Part shown: piece by piece, positions 9,820 through 19,234 of the stretch | Layout of the letters: each line of letters opens with the position of its first letter | Position numbering within the stretch: the first letter of the stretch is position 1 | From: a virus | DNA: 42,897 nt | Strand: one strand, 5' to 3' | IMG/VR virus record: IMGVR_UViG_3300021437_000006 | Coordinates: 1 to 42,897 of that record | Notes under the pieces: generated by a model | The model's input: only the letters and a program-made list of their open reading frames with translations | The model's database searches: none | Told to the model about the DNA's origin: nothing | Position numbers and translations under genes: made by a program

Positions 9820-10134
9820 ATGGCCGATAAAGTTAAGCCATTAAAAATTGAGAATCCATCAAATGGTGGAACTCAGACTGATTTTTTGCCTACAGAATCA
9901 GATCCAACTCAGGATTATTTAGCCGCAAAAGGTATCGCGTTTGAAAATTCAGATAGTAAATTATTTGATTTATCTGCAAGCGGAGAAATTCAATATAAAG
10001 ACGCAGTACAAACTACATATAAAAAATTAAATGACATCGCAGGCGGTTCAAGCTTTGATGAGAGTGTAATTCTAGTAAATCATAATAGCGATGTTCTAGT
10101 TAATCACCGCGGTGATGTTTTGAGGAGAAGATAA
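9820..10134 (+). CDS. small fibre-associated protein
   Basis: 104 aa with GAGGGA as RBS. The stop overlaps the start of the 1018-aa fibre gene (ATAATG). Confidence 0.45.
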   Translation: MADKVKPLKIENPSNGGTQTDFLPTESDPTQDYLAAKGIAFENSDSKLFDLSASGEIQYKDAVQTTYKKLNDIAGGSSFDESVILVNHNSDVLVNHRGDVLRRR

Positions 10135-13100
10135 TGGCATATTTTGATAAGCTTGGGACGTCATCACCGGTTGGTTCAGTTACGCCAGATTTTGAAACTC
10201 AAGAATATCTAAATACAACAACTGGTGAATTATACTACGCAGCTGGGTTGACCTCGGCTGATTGGAAATTATTTTCAACTGGTGGATCAGCAGTATCTTC
10301 GGTCTTTGGAAGAACCGGAGCAATTACTGCGCAGAGTGGTGATTATACCTATTCTCAAGTGGGTGCTGATGCTGCGGGATCAGCCGCAACCGTACAGGGT
10401 AATCTAAACACACACATAGCAGATACTGCAAATCCTCACGCGACAACTAAAGCGCAGGTTGGCCTTAGCAACGTGCCAAACGTAGATGCTACAGTGGCCG
10501 CAAACATCACGCAGGATTCAACTCACCGATTTGCAACAGATGCGGAGAAGGCCACCTGGAATGCGAAGCAGGCAGCCCTTGGATTCACCCCTGCAAACGT
10601 GGCTAGCAATCTTTCAGATCTAACATCTGCGGCAACAGCTAGGACGAATCTTGGTCTGGGGACTGCTGCCACACAGGCATCCACAGCATTTGATGCTGCG
10701 GGATCTGCGGCCACGGTGCAAACTAATCTCAATTCGCATACGGGAAATACATCCAACCCACACAGCACTACGGCGGCACAGGTTGGGCTTGGCAATGTGG
10801 ACAATACGTCAGATCTAAATAAGCCCATTAGCACCGCGACACAAACAGCACTCAATGCAAAGGTGACTTCGAATACCGCCATTGCTGGAGCAACGCATTC
10901 AAAGATCACTTATGACTCGAAAGGATTGGTCACTGCTGGCGCCGATATGTCTTTAGGTGACAACTCGGACGTGGTGCTTACCTCCCCGGTCCTTGCCGAT
11001 GTTCTTAAATATAACGGATCACAATGGGTAAATGGACAGATAACATCCACGACTGGGGCCGGAAGTGGTGTGAATTACTTCCTTACAGCCACCGCATCGG
11101 GAATCTCTGGATACGATGTCATGCAGAAAACTCCCGACTCTGCCGCAGAGGTGGACGAGTCCATAGCAGTTACTTCTGGGACTAGCCCACTACTTTTTGA
11201 GTCCTATATTTCTGATGTTGAGATAGGCCATACATCTATTGAGGGTGGGATATGGAACTTCAACGTCTATAATTATGCCAGTTCCTTAAGTAGTACAACC
11301 TACATGGCCGTTCAGGTTTATAAGAGAACTTCCGGTGGAACGGAGACTCAGCTATTTCAGTTTGACTTGCCAACCATCACCCATACAGTAGTGACACTTC
11401 AAGCGATAGCGACAGTACAGCCAGCCTTCTCGTGCAATGCTACCGATAAGCTCGTATTTAAGTTCTATGTCACGACTTCCAGTGGGTCCAGCATCACCGT
11501 TCATCTGGTCCACTCGGGCACGGCCCATTACACCTACATCGACACTCCCCTATTGCTGCAGCATGATGATCTGGCTGGACTTCAAGGTGGAACGACAGCG
11601 CAATATTATCACCTAACTAATACTGAATACACTGGAACCGGATCGGGAACATTCGTAAGGTCCGCATCTCCAAATATCACTAGCCCAACAGGCATCGTAA
11701 AGGGCGACGTAGGATTGGGTAATGTGCCGAATGTGGACGCTACGAATCCAGCAAACACTGTCCAGACAGCAAGCTATCGCTATGTAACCGACACCGAGAA
11801 ATCGACATGGAACGGAAAACAGGATGCGCTTGGCTATACTCCTGCCAATGTCGCTAATAACTTATCGGATCTTGCAAATGCAGCCACTGCGAGAACAAAT
11901 CTAGGCCTTGGAACGGCAGCAACGCAAGCCAGCACCGCATTCGACGCAGCCGGAGCGGCCAGTACGGTGCAATCAAATCTTAACGCCCATACTGGAAACA
12001 CTTCAAATCCGCATAGCACAACTGCTGCGCAAGTGGGTCTGGGTAACGTCGTCAATCTAGATACGAGCAATCCTGCTAATATCACACAGAGCGCAAGTTA
12101 TAGATTCGTGACTGATACAGAGAAATCTACCTGGAACGGCAAGCAAGCATCTCTCGGGACAGGTACGACAAGCCAATTCCTGCGTGGGGACCTTGCATGG
12201 GCAACGCCTCCAAGCGGAGGATCGACACCATATACTATCCAGGCGTGTGCCAACTCGACACTTGTTTTAACAAATGCTAGCAATCCAAGGATTCTATTCA
12301 CGGGTAACACTGGTGGGCAGAAGATACAGATGCCAGATGCGACCACACTTTCCAGCACCGCCAACGAATGGGATATTGCTAATCAATCAAATGTTGCTAT
12401 CCCAGTTCTAAACGCTGCGAGTGCGCTTCTATTCTTCCTTCTCCCTGGCCAATCTATCAGCCTAACGCCATACACTTTCGCAACTGCTGCTGGAAGCTGG
12501 TCCATTGAGACTTACTCTTCGAACATCATGTGTACTGAGCTATGGGATGATTTCTATCCAGGTCTTGGAACAACTGGAAACATTGGTCAACTGGCCTGGA
12601 CCATGACTTCTACGAGTGGAACTGGGACCGCAACCTATCAAGCTGCCACCGCGAACAAATCAGGGATTGTTCTATTTGGAACATCCACAGGGAATAACTC
12701 TGCAATATCTATCAATCTAGGCGCGAACGTATTTGTCCCAGGACAAGGCTCACTCGTTAGTGATCAATATGTGCTGATACCGACGCTTGGAGGAGCTGGA
12801 GCTGCGGCCTTCACGGTATGGTCTGGATTTAGTGATACGACTTCCGGGGCTGATTCAGTCAATGGAGCTTACTTCGAATACTTAGGAACGACTGCTGGAA
12901 ATATCAACTGGGGATGTAAGACGGCACTTGCATCAAGCAGGACTACGACTGGAAGTGGTGTACAGGTGAATGCGAATCAGTGGTATAAACTCACAGTCGT
13001 CATGGCTGCTGATAATTCTCAAGTTCTGTTTTTCATTGATAATAATCTAGTGGCGACGCATACGACAACAATCCCAACAGCGGCACTTGGCCCTGCGTTT

Positions 13101-13190
13101 AGGATCTCTGCCGGGTCTACGAATGCGGCTGCGAAGACAGCGCAAGTCGATTACAACCTAACTAGATTCTGTAGAACTGCGGTGAGGTAA
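10134..13190 (+). CDS. tail fibre protein with an internally duplicated module
   Basis: 1018 aa. The fibre-type motifs NPH(A/S)TTxAQVGLGNVxN, GNVDNTSDLNKPIS and RF/YxTDxEKxTWNxKQ recur three to four times. A module of about 117 aa is present twice. Confidence 0.8.
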   Translation: MAYFDKLGTSSPVGSVTPDFETQEYLNTTTGELYYAAGLTSADWKLFSTGGSAVSSVFGRTGAITAQSGDYTYSQVGADAAGSAATVQGNLNTHIADTANPHATTKAQVGLSNVPNVDATVAANITQDSTHRFATDAEKATWNAKQAALGFTPANVASNLSDLTSAATARTNLGLGTAATQASTAFDAAGSAATVQTNLNSHTGNTSNPHSTTAAQVGLGNVDNTSDLNKPISTATQTALNAKVTSNTAIAGATHSKITYDSKGLVTAGADMSLGDNSDVVLTSPVLADVLKYNGSQWVNGQITSTTGAGSGVNYFLTATASGISGYDVMQKTPDSAAEVDESIAVTSGTSPLLFESYISDVEIGHTSIEGGIWNFNVYNYASSLSSTTYMAVQVYKRTSGGTETQLFQFDLPTITHTVVTLQAIATVQPAFSCNATDKLVFKFYVTTSSGSSITVHLVHSGTAHYTYIDTPLLLQHDDLAGLQGGTTAQYYHLTNTEYTGTGSGTFVRSASPNITSPTGIVKGDVGLGNVPNVDATNPANTVQTASYRYVTDTEKSTWNGKQDALGYTPANVANNLSDLANAATARTNLGLGTAATQASTAFDAAGAASTVQSNLNAHTGNTSNPHSTTAAQVGLGNVVNLDTSNPANITQSASYRFVTDTEKSTWNGKQASLGTGTTSQFLRGDLAWATPPSGGSTPYTIQACANSTLVLTNASNPRILFTGNTGGQKIQMPDATTLSSTANEWDIANQSNVAIPVLNAASALLFFLLPGQSISLTPYTFATAAGSWSIETYSSNIMCTELWDDFYPGLGTTGNIGQLAWTMTSTSGTGTATYQAATANKSGIVLFGTSTGNNSAISINLGANVFVPGQGSLVSDQYVLIPTLGGAGAAAFTVWSGFSDTTSGADSVNGAYFEYLGTTAGNINWGCKTALASSRTTTGSGVQVNANQWYKLTVVMAADNSQVLFFIDNNLVATHTTTIPTAALGPAFRISAGSTNAAAKTAQVDYNLTRFCRTAVR

Positions 13191-13192
13191 TT

Positions 13193-13594
13193 ATGAAATA
13201 TAGAGTTACAACGGATAATCAAACCATAGAGTTCCCAACTCAAGCGCTCGCTGAGCAGTATAACTTTCTACATGGAACATCCTATCCAATTGACCAAATC
13301 CCATCAGATCCTTCTCCCGTGGTGGATATGGCGGCTCTCATTGATAGAAAGATTCAAGGCTATCAAGACGTGGCCCCCAAGCTTCTACGCGAGCTATACG
13401 TCGCTAATACGCTTGCTGGTATCTCTGCTGCGCAGTCTGACCAGATGTTTGATGACTATGCGGATGTGCTTCTTAGAATTAGAGAGGGTGCATTCCCTAC
13501 AGCGCTAAGAAGGCTTCAATACAAGAGACCAAGTGGTTTTGTTACGCAGACTTTGATTGACGCCTGGAGAGATAAAATTTTAGCTTATTTATGA
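13193..13594 (+). CDS. hypothetical protein, possibly a fibre accessory
   Basis: 133 aa with RBS tgaggtaattATG. Immediately downstream of the fibre gene. Confidence 0.45.
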   Translation: MKYRVTTDNQTIEFPTQALAEQYNFLHGTSYPIDQIPSDPSPVVDMAALIDRKIQGYQDVAPKLLRELYVANTLAGISAAQSDQMFDDYADVLLRIREGAFPTALRRLQYKRPSGFVTQTLIDAWRDKILAYL

Positions 13595-13601
13595 GGTAAT
13601 T

Positions 13602-14096
13602 ATGCGAAAAATATCTATAGTAGCGAGCCAACCGATTAAAAGGCATATTGGCTCTGATATTATAATGTATTTTCTTAAAACGAATTATTCGCATGTTTCC
13701 TGGGTTTTTTGGGACAAATCAGAGAAAAATCAATTTTATTATGAATGTGTCCTTATGGGCGGTGTTAAATTTACCGGGAAATTGTATTGGCTATCCAGAA
13801 ATAACATCATGTTCACGCAGAATTTCATGGTTTCTGATGACGTTTATGATCAATTTTTGAAAGAGGCTATGGATAAATGCGGAGAGGAATACAGTCTTTT
13901 GCAGAATGCCGGAATTCAGATAGCGAAATGGTATAAATTAGCAAAAAATGTATTTGGAAATGGTAACGATAGATCTAACTGCTCGGAGCTAATCTATTCA
14001 TTCAAGGATAAAGTAGGTCTAAAAATAGATGGTGACCCAGACCTAATTTCACCTAAAGATATTGTGGAAGCTTGTAAAAAAATGCAAACTACTTAA
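13602..14096 (+). CDS. permuted papain-like (NlpC/P60 superfamily) enzyme, YiiX/YaeF C92-like
   Basis: 164 aa. GSDIIMYF...NYSHVSWVF and GNDRSNCSELIY match, in order and spacing, the His-before-Cys motifs I recall for E. coli YiiX (GDIIF..YSHTGM; DDRQYCSEVV). Confidence 0.6.
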   Translation: MRKISIVASQPIKRHIGSDIIMYFLKTNYSHVSWVFWDKSEKNQFYYECVLMGGVKFTGKLYWLSRNNIMFTQNFMVSDDVYDQFLKEAMDKCGEEYSLLQNAGIQIAKWYKLAKNVFGNGNDRSNCSELIYSFKDKVGLKIDGDPDLISPKDIVEACKKMQTT

Positions 14097-14112
14097 GTAG
14101 CCAGGGGGTAAC

Positions 14113-14346
14113 ATGATTTCCGATCAAAAAGCAGATATTCTTCTTAATGATTTAAAAGTAAATGTTTTAAAAATTAAACGCGTTTATGATGGCTCAAGCC
14201 GTGTGATTACGCAATATGAAGCCGTGGCAAATGCTGATGATGGAATGGCATGTTTGCGTACTGATTATACTTATGTTGGTGCAACGACAAATCTCGATGC
14301 GATGAAAGAATCAATTGGTACTTGGTCATCGGCTTGGGATATCTAA
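14113..14346 (+). CDS. hypothetical protein
   Basis: 77-aa ORF with GGGGG upstream, lying between fibre genes. Confidence 0.45.
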   Translation: MISDQKADILLNDLKVNVLKIKRVYDGSSRVITQYEAVANADDGMACLRTDYTYVGATTNLDAMKESIGTWSSAWDI

Positions 14347-14355
14347 GGAGGAATT

Positions 14356-16239
14356 GTGGGGATATTTGATAGAGATAACGCCGGACAAATAAAATCACCA
14401 ACTGGCCCTCAGTCATCCGGTGGCGGATCTGGAGAAGTAAATACTGCATCTAATCTTGGTACTGGTGCTGGAATTTTTGCATCAAAAGTCGGGGTTGATT
14501 TACAACTAAAATCACTCGTTGCAGGTGCTAATATAACCCTAACGCCAACCGATAACGATATTACAATAGCATCTACTGCCGCCGGAGGATTTACGAATCC
14601 AATGACTACTGGTGGTGATTTGATTTACCAAAGCGCCGGAGGTATTTCTGTTGCTACTCTAACACCAAGCTTCATTGATATTGGTATCGGTAGCTCTTAT
14701 GGTATTTCAGCGGCACCAGATAGAAATCATATTTATGTTGGATCTAGTTCTGGAGCTATTATTATTTTATCAAAAGCTACTGATGGTACTTTATCTATTG
14801 CTAATACTATGACCGGTCTTCCTGGAAATGTTCAGGGAATTACCGTATCTCCAAATAATAATTTTGTTTATGCCGTATTTAATTCAACAAATGAAATAGG
14901 TCAATACAGCAGAAATATAACTACTGGAGTATTAACCGCCTTATCTCCAGCCACTGTATCAACCGACGGCTCTCCAACATATGTACAAATATCATCTGAT
15001 GGGTTATTTTTATACTGCGTAAATGCAATATCAAATACAATAACTACATATTCAATAAATGCAACAACTGGTCATCTTACGCAAATAGATATAACAGTTA
15101 CTGGAGCACTTCCTTATGATATAAAAATATTGCCCAATGGATTGCATGCGTATTGTACAAATTATTCAGATTCCACGATAACGCATTTTTCAAGAAACAC
15201 ATCATCAGGAATTCTTACTGTCGTAGATAGTATTGCGGCTGGAAGCAATCCATTTGGATTGTGCATTTCATCAGATGGGAAAAATGTATATGCATCTTCT
15301 TCTGCTAATAATTCTGTTGTTGGCTTTTCTGTCGATTCTATTACTGGATCATTAACTTCTTTAGGGGCTAGTGTATCTGTTCCTGGTTCACCTTTTTTAT
15401 TAGATGTAACACCGGATGGAAAGGCAATATTAGTTTCTGACTCAAGTAATGGATGGGTAAATATAATAACGCGAAATACGACAACTGGGGCAATTATTTA
15501 TGATTCGCATACGGCAGCAGTTACTGGTGGGTCTGGCGGCAGGGGTATTGCAATAACATCAGATGGTTTATTTGCATATTCTTCGTATAGTGATGTACAA
15601 AATGTTTTACAACTATCTGTTTCATACCCAGTATCTGCTGCGTCTAGGTTACCCAATGGAAGCGCCGGTCAGGTACTAACATCTTCAGGTGGAACAGCGG
15701 CGCCAGTATGGTCAACCGGTTCATCTCCGTGGGTTGTTTCTGGCGCGAATATTTATTATAATGCCGGAAAAGTTGGAATTGGCACGACAACTCCAGGTTT
15801 TGCTCTTGATATTAATACGGCAGACACCACAGTGGCCAGATTTGGATCTGGTGATTCTATATTTATAACTGCGAATACTGCAATCATATCGGCAAATACA
15901 TTTTATAATGGCGGATGGCAAAATGCAGGAGGTAACTCTGTTCCAGCATTAATTGAGTTCGGTGCCGGGATAGCATTTACGCTCGCTGGTTCAAATCCTA
16001 GATCAGGAGCGGTTAGTGATTTTTTACAGGCTTTTACATTAGTCAATGCTGCTGGCGCTATTACTATGAATGCATATGGAACTATAAACCTAAATGGACG
16101 GGTTACCATTGGTTCTGTTGGTACAGATCAGCACATTATAAACTCAGTAACTGGTACTCCTGTTGATGCAGTAACTCCTGCCGGATATCTTCAGATAACA
16201 ATTAATGGAACAGTGTCGTTTATACCATATTACGTTTAA
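14356..16239 (+). CDS. tail fibre or spike with a 7-bladed beta-propeller (lactonase/YncE-like repeats)
   Basis: 627 aa with a GTG start after AGGAGG. Seven repeats of about 45 aa follow the pattern P..i.iSpDG..lY..n..sntI..ysin..tG.Lt. The C-terminus carries the fibre-like motif GKVGIGTTTPGFALDIN. Confidence 0.7.
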   Translation: MGIFDRDNAGQIKSPTGPQSSGGGSGEVNTASNLGTGAGIFASKVGVDLQLKSLVAGANITLTPTDNDITIASTAAGGFTNPMTTGGDLIYQSAGGISVATLTPSFIDIGIGSSYGISAAPDRNHIYVGSSSGAIIILSKATDGTLSIANTMTGLPGNVQGITVSPNNNFVYAVFNSTNEIGQYSRNITTGVLTALSPATVSTDGSPTYVQISSDGLFLYCVNAISNTITTYSINATTGHLTQIDITVTGALPYDIKILPNGLHAYCTNYSDSTITHFSRNTSSGILTVVDSIAAGSNPFGLCISSDGKNVYASSSANNSVVGFSVDSITGSLTSLGASVSVPGSPFLLDVTPDGKAILVSDSSNGWVNIITRNTTTGAIIYDSHTAAVTGGSGGRGIAITSDGLFAYSSYSDVQNVLQLSVSYPVSAASRLPNGSAGQVLTSSGGTAAPVWSTGSSPWVVSGANIYYNAGKVGIGTTTPGFALDINTADTTVARFGSGDSIFITANTAIISANTFYNGGWQNAGGNSVPALIEFGAGIAFTLAGSNPRSGAVSDFLQAFTLVNAAGAITMNAYGTINLNGRVTIGSVGTDQHIINSVTGTPVDAVTPAGYLQITINGTVSFIPYYV

Positions 16240-16280
16240 TAAAATAACTGCGGTTCCTAACCGTAAAACTGGGAGATAGA

Positions 16281-18566
16281 ATGAAAATTTTCGGACAATT
16301 GGAAAATGCGACTCTTGAGCAGCTGTCATCCGATCCTTCGCAAAATACTCAAGGTAGGATTTACCAAAATACTACAGAAGGAAGAACTAAATTAGATGAT
16401 GGCGTATCAAAAAAAGCACTTCTAAGAAATGATGATAAAATCATCATCGGAAATGATTCTACTCCATCGAATAACGTAAAAATACATAAAGGAACAGCGG
16501 GTCTTTTGCAGGATGTTCCTGGAGATGATGCAACAGCAGAAGGCAGCAATGCAACAGCTATTGCGCAGAGATCAACAAGGGCGGAGAATCTAATAGCCGC
16601 GTCATTGCCAGCGCCAGGAAATGCTGGACGGCATATTTTTGTAACCGATCAAAAGGTTTTAGCTGAAGATGATGGCGCTAACTGGAGACGAGTAATTCCT
16701 GAGTTTTCTGTTGATGACGCGAGTTCTGGAACCTCTATTCAAATTCTTCCAATTACATCATCAACAGTTAGATTAACCGGTAGTTTTAATACTATTCAGA
16801 TGATTCCAGCTGGATTCGCTGGTCAAAAAGTCACTTTAGTAAATAGGACAGGAGTTGATTTATCTGTTGCTCATGATAGCGGAGCGACTTCTGCGAATAG
16901 AATTTACACTGGAACAAATGCTAATTTAGTTTTTAAGGTAAATTCTAGTCTTCAATTATCGTATGATGGTGTATCGCAAAAGTGGCAAGTTATTGGTGAG
17001 GCATCTGGTGCCGCGAGCATCGGAGCAAGTAATTCAGCATTTTCAATTCATACAACTGATTATACTGTTTCTATAACTGACAGTATTTTGTATGCTGATA
17101 CATCAAATAATCCCATAAATTTTACACTTCCAAGTGCTGCTGGAAATATTGGAAAAAGATTTACCTTTGAAAAAATTGGTAGTTGGCAAAATAATATTTT
17201 AACAATAATTGGAGACGTAAAAGGACCAAGGGGAACGGTAACTAATCCTGAAATATGGGCTCTTGGCGCTCCTCTTGAAATTGTTTCAGATGGTTCGAAT
17301 TGGAATACTGTAAGCCCAGCAAATGGAACTGTTAGATTAGTATCTGATCCTGGATCTTTTATAGCAGTAGCTACGGCATCAACTGCCAATGTATCTCTTG
17401 AATCAATAATTCCAAATAGTACAATTATTGATAATACAAAAATGGCTCCTGGAAGTATTTTTGTATTAAAAAATCAAACTGTTTTGGAAGAAAACGGCGT
17501 ATATGTTATGCCAACCGCTCAAATATCAATTGCGGCTACATCTACCGGAAATGTTGATATTTCTACGCTGGCAAACGGTTCTGTTGTTAATGCGCATGTT
17601 TGCTCTACTGGTGAAAAGGTATCATTGAGATCGCAAACCAATGCGCAAGAAAATGGAATTTATGTAATCGGTGCGATACCATCTGCAACAGCTAGAGATG
17701 CATCAATGCGTCACTCTAGTTATTTAACATATTCTTCTCTTCGCGGACTTAGATTTTTCTGTGATTGGTCAAGCCACCAAATTTCAGGACCGCCTTTAGC
17801 TATAAGCATGGGAACACATGTAAATGATTTTAAATTTTTCGCTCAATTGAATGACAATTTAACTTCTTTTGCTGCTGCCACATGGAGTTCTGTATCATAT
17901 GCTGGTTATTCATTTACTGTTAAACCTCCTCCAAATGCTATTGGAGCAATGCTTACAATTTGTAGCTTTGGTGGCGGCGGCGGCGGTGGTCGCGGAGGAG
18001 TTGGCGGCGGTGGCGGTGGGCAGGGATGCCTTCCGATTTCGATAACATATCCAAAAATGTATCCTAATGATCAATTTTCATTTTTAATACCACTTGGTGC
18101 TCCAGGGGGATCGGCGGCTCAGCCTGGCGGTCAGGCATCAATTACTATGACAAATTATGTGAATAATTCTTTAAATGCAGAATCATTTCCAGGCGGTCTT
18201 GGCGCATCTTCAGCGGCAGCAACAGTCCCTGGATCTGGACCTTCTGCTGCAGGAACTGCTTATTCATCAGGAGGTGCTGCTGGCGCATCTGGAGGGTCAT
18301 CATATATCGCCGGATCCGGAGGATCGAATGGAGTATCCTCTGGAGGAATGCTTGGCGGCGGTGGCGGCGGTGCAGGTTTTGGATTCGGCGGTCATGGTGG
18401 ATCCAGCACAACAGTGGCCAATATGGTAGCTGGTAGCGGAGATAGCGCTTATATCGCCGGATACGGCGGCGGTGGCGGCGGTGGCGGAGCCGCTCTAGGG
18501 GTTGGGTCAAGGGTTGGAAGCGGCGGCCAGGGCGGCCCTGCTTTTATTAGTTTAACGTGGATATAA
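16281..18566 (+). CDS. tail fibre protein with a glycine-rich C-terminal domain
   Basis: 761 aa. N-terminus is MKIFGQLENATLEQLSSDP...GRIYQNT. The last 200 aa or so are dominated by Gly runs (GGGGGGGRGGVGGGGGGQG ... GYGGGGGGGGAALG) and end in FISLTWI. Confidence 0.7.
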   Translation: MKIFGQLENATLEQLSSDPSQNTQGRIYQNTTEGRTKLDDGVSKKALLRNDDKIIIGNDSTPSNNVKIHKGTAGLLQDVPGDDATAEGSNATAIAQRSTRAENLIAASLPAPGNAGRHIFVTDQKVLAEDDGANWRRVIPEFSVDDASSGTSIQILPITSSTVRLTGSFNTIQMIPAGFAGQKVTLVNRTGVDLSVAHDSGATSANRIYTGTNANLVFKVNSSLQLSYDGVSQKWQVIGEASGAASIGASNSAFSIHTTDYTVSITDSILYADTSNNPINFTLPSAAGNIGKRFTFEKIGSWQNNILTIIGDVKGPRGTVTNPEIWALGAPLEIVSDGSNWNTVSPANGTVRLVSDPGSFIAVATASTANVSLESIIPNSTIIDNTKMAPGSIFVLKNQTVLEENGVYVMPTAQISIAATSTGNVDISTLANGSVVNAHVCSTGEKVSLRSQTNAQENGIYVIGAIPSATARDASMRHSSYLTYSSLRGLRFFCDWSSHQISGPPLAISMGTHVNDFKFFAQLNDNLTSFAAATWSSVSYAGYSFTVKPPPNAIGAMLTICSFGGGGGGGRGGVGGGGGGQGCLPISITYPKMYPNDQFSFLIPLGAPGGSAAQPGGQASITMTNYVNNSLNAESFPGGLGASSAAATVPGSGPSAAGTAYSSGGAAGASGGSSYIAGSGGSNGVSSGGMLGGGGGGAGFGFGGHGGSSTTVANMVAGSGDSAYIAGYGGGGGGGGAALGVGSRVGSGGQGGPAFISLTWI

Positions 18567-18567
18567 T

Positions 18568-18999
18568 ATGAAAAAACTAATTGATTACGCATTGTGCTTT
18601 GTTGGAGTTCCATATAAATGGGGAGGAAGCACCCACGACGGTATAGACTGCTCTGGTCTAGTTCATGAAATGCTAATCAGCATAGGAATGGACCCGGAAA
18701 ATGCCAGAACCGCTCAAAGCATTCATGATCTTTATGCGCCATCGGCAACGGTAACTCCGAAGCCATCTGCTGGAGTTTTATGCTTCTACGGAAGCGATAT
18801 AAAAAACATCACGCATATTGCTCTAATGATCGATGAAAATAGAATCATCGAAGCTGGTGGCGGCGGTTCTCACACCATAAGTCGAGAAGATGCCGAGAGA
18901 GATCTAGCATTTGTTAGGATTAGACCATACAATCGAAGGAAGGATCTTATAGCTATGCTCATGCCTCCATATCCTGATTGGGTGAAAAATGAATCCTGA
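18568..18999 (+). CDS. NlpC/P60 peptidoglycan endopeptidase (endolysin)
   Basis: 143 aa. GVPYKWGGSTHDGIDCSGLVHEML carries the catalytic Cys and THIALMID the His, followed by IIEAGGG. Confidence 0.85.
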   Translation: MKKLIDYALCFVGVPYKWGGSTHDGIDCSGLVHEMLISIGMDPENARTAQSIHDLYAPSATVTPKPSAGVLCFYGSDIKNITHIALMIDENRIIEAGGGGSHTISREDAERDLAFVRIRPYNRRKDLIAMLMPPYPDWVKNES

Positions 19000-19234
19000 A
19001 GCGATAACCGCGGTAGTCCCAAATAACGCCTATGTTGTTGTTGGCACCTTGATTGTTGCTAACATCGGGACGGTTATCTCGATATTTTACGGAATAGGTA
19101 AATTAATTTGGTGGCTTAGCAAATTAGAAGCTAGAGTTGAGGCAATTGAGGCCGATCACTCTAAAGATTTAAATGCTGCATTTAAAAAGATACGAGAATT
19201 AGAAACTAACGAAAAACCAGGGGTGATAAAATGA
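18989..19234 (+). CDS. holin-like membrane protein
   Basis: 81 aa. Hydrophobic stretch of about 30 residues (AYVVVGTLIVANIGTVISIFYGIGKLIWWL) followed by a charged helical tail. The gene overlaps the end of the endolysin gene. Confidence 0.5.
   Translation: MNPEAITAVVPNNAYVVVGTLIVANIGTVISIFYGIGKLIWWLSKLEARVEAIEADHSKDLNAAFKKIRELETNEKPGVIK

Noticed and set aside
10446-12160. A possible DGR template/variable repeat pair in the fibre gene.
   Set aside because: No reverse transcriptase is encoded anywhere. The differences between the two copies involve all four bases and are largely synonymous, not adenine-specific.
10523-12364. Long antisense ORFs inside the 1018-aa fibre gene (10523..10909, 11834..12085, 12098..12364). 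Two of them share sequence with each other.
   Set aside because: They are shadows of the duplicated sense-strand module. The sense frame carries recognisable fibre motifs and the antisense products are low-complexity Ala/Val/Cys strings without an RBS.
18145-18510. ORFs in other frames over the Gly-rich region (18145..18510 on the minus strand, 18175..18429 on the plus strand).
   Set aside because: They are artefacts of GGC/GGT codon repeats, which keep several frames open. The products are Arg/His/Leu-rich nonsense.
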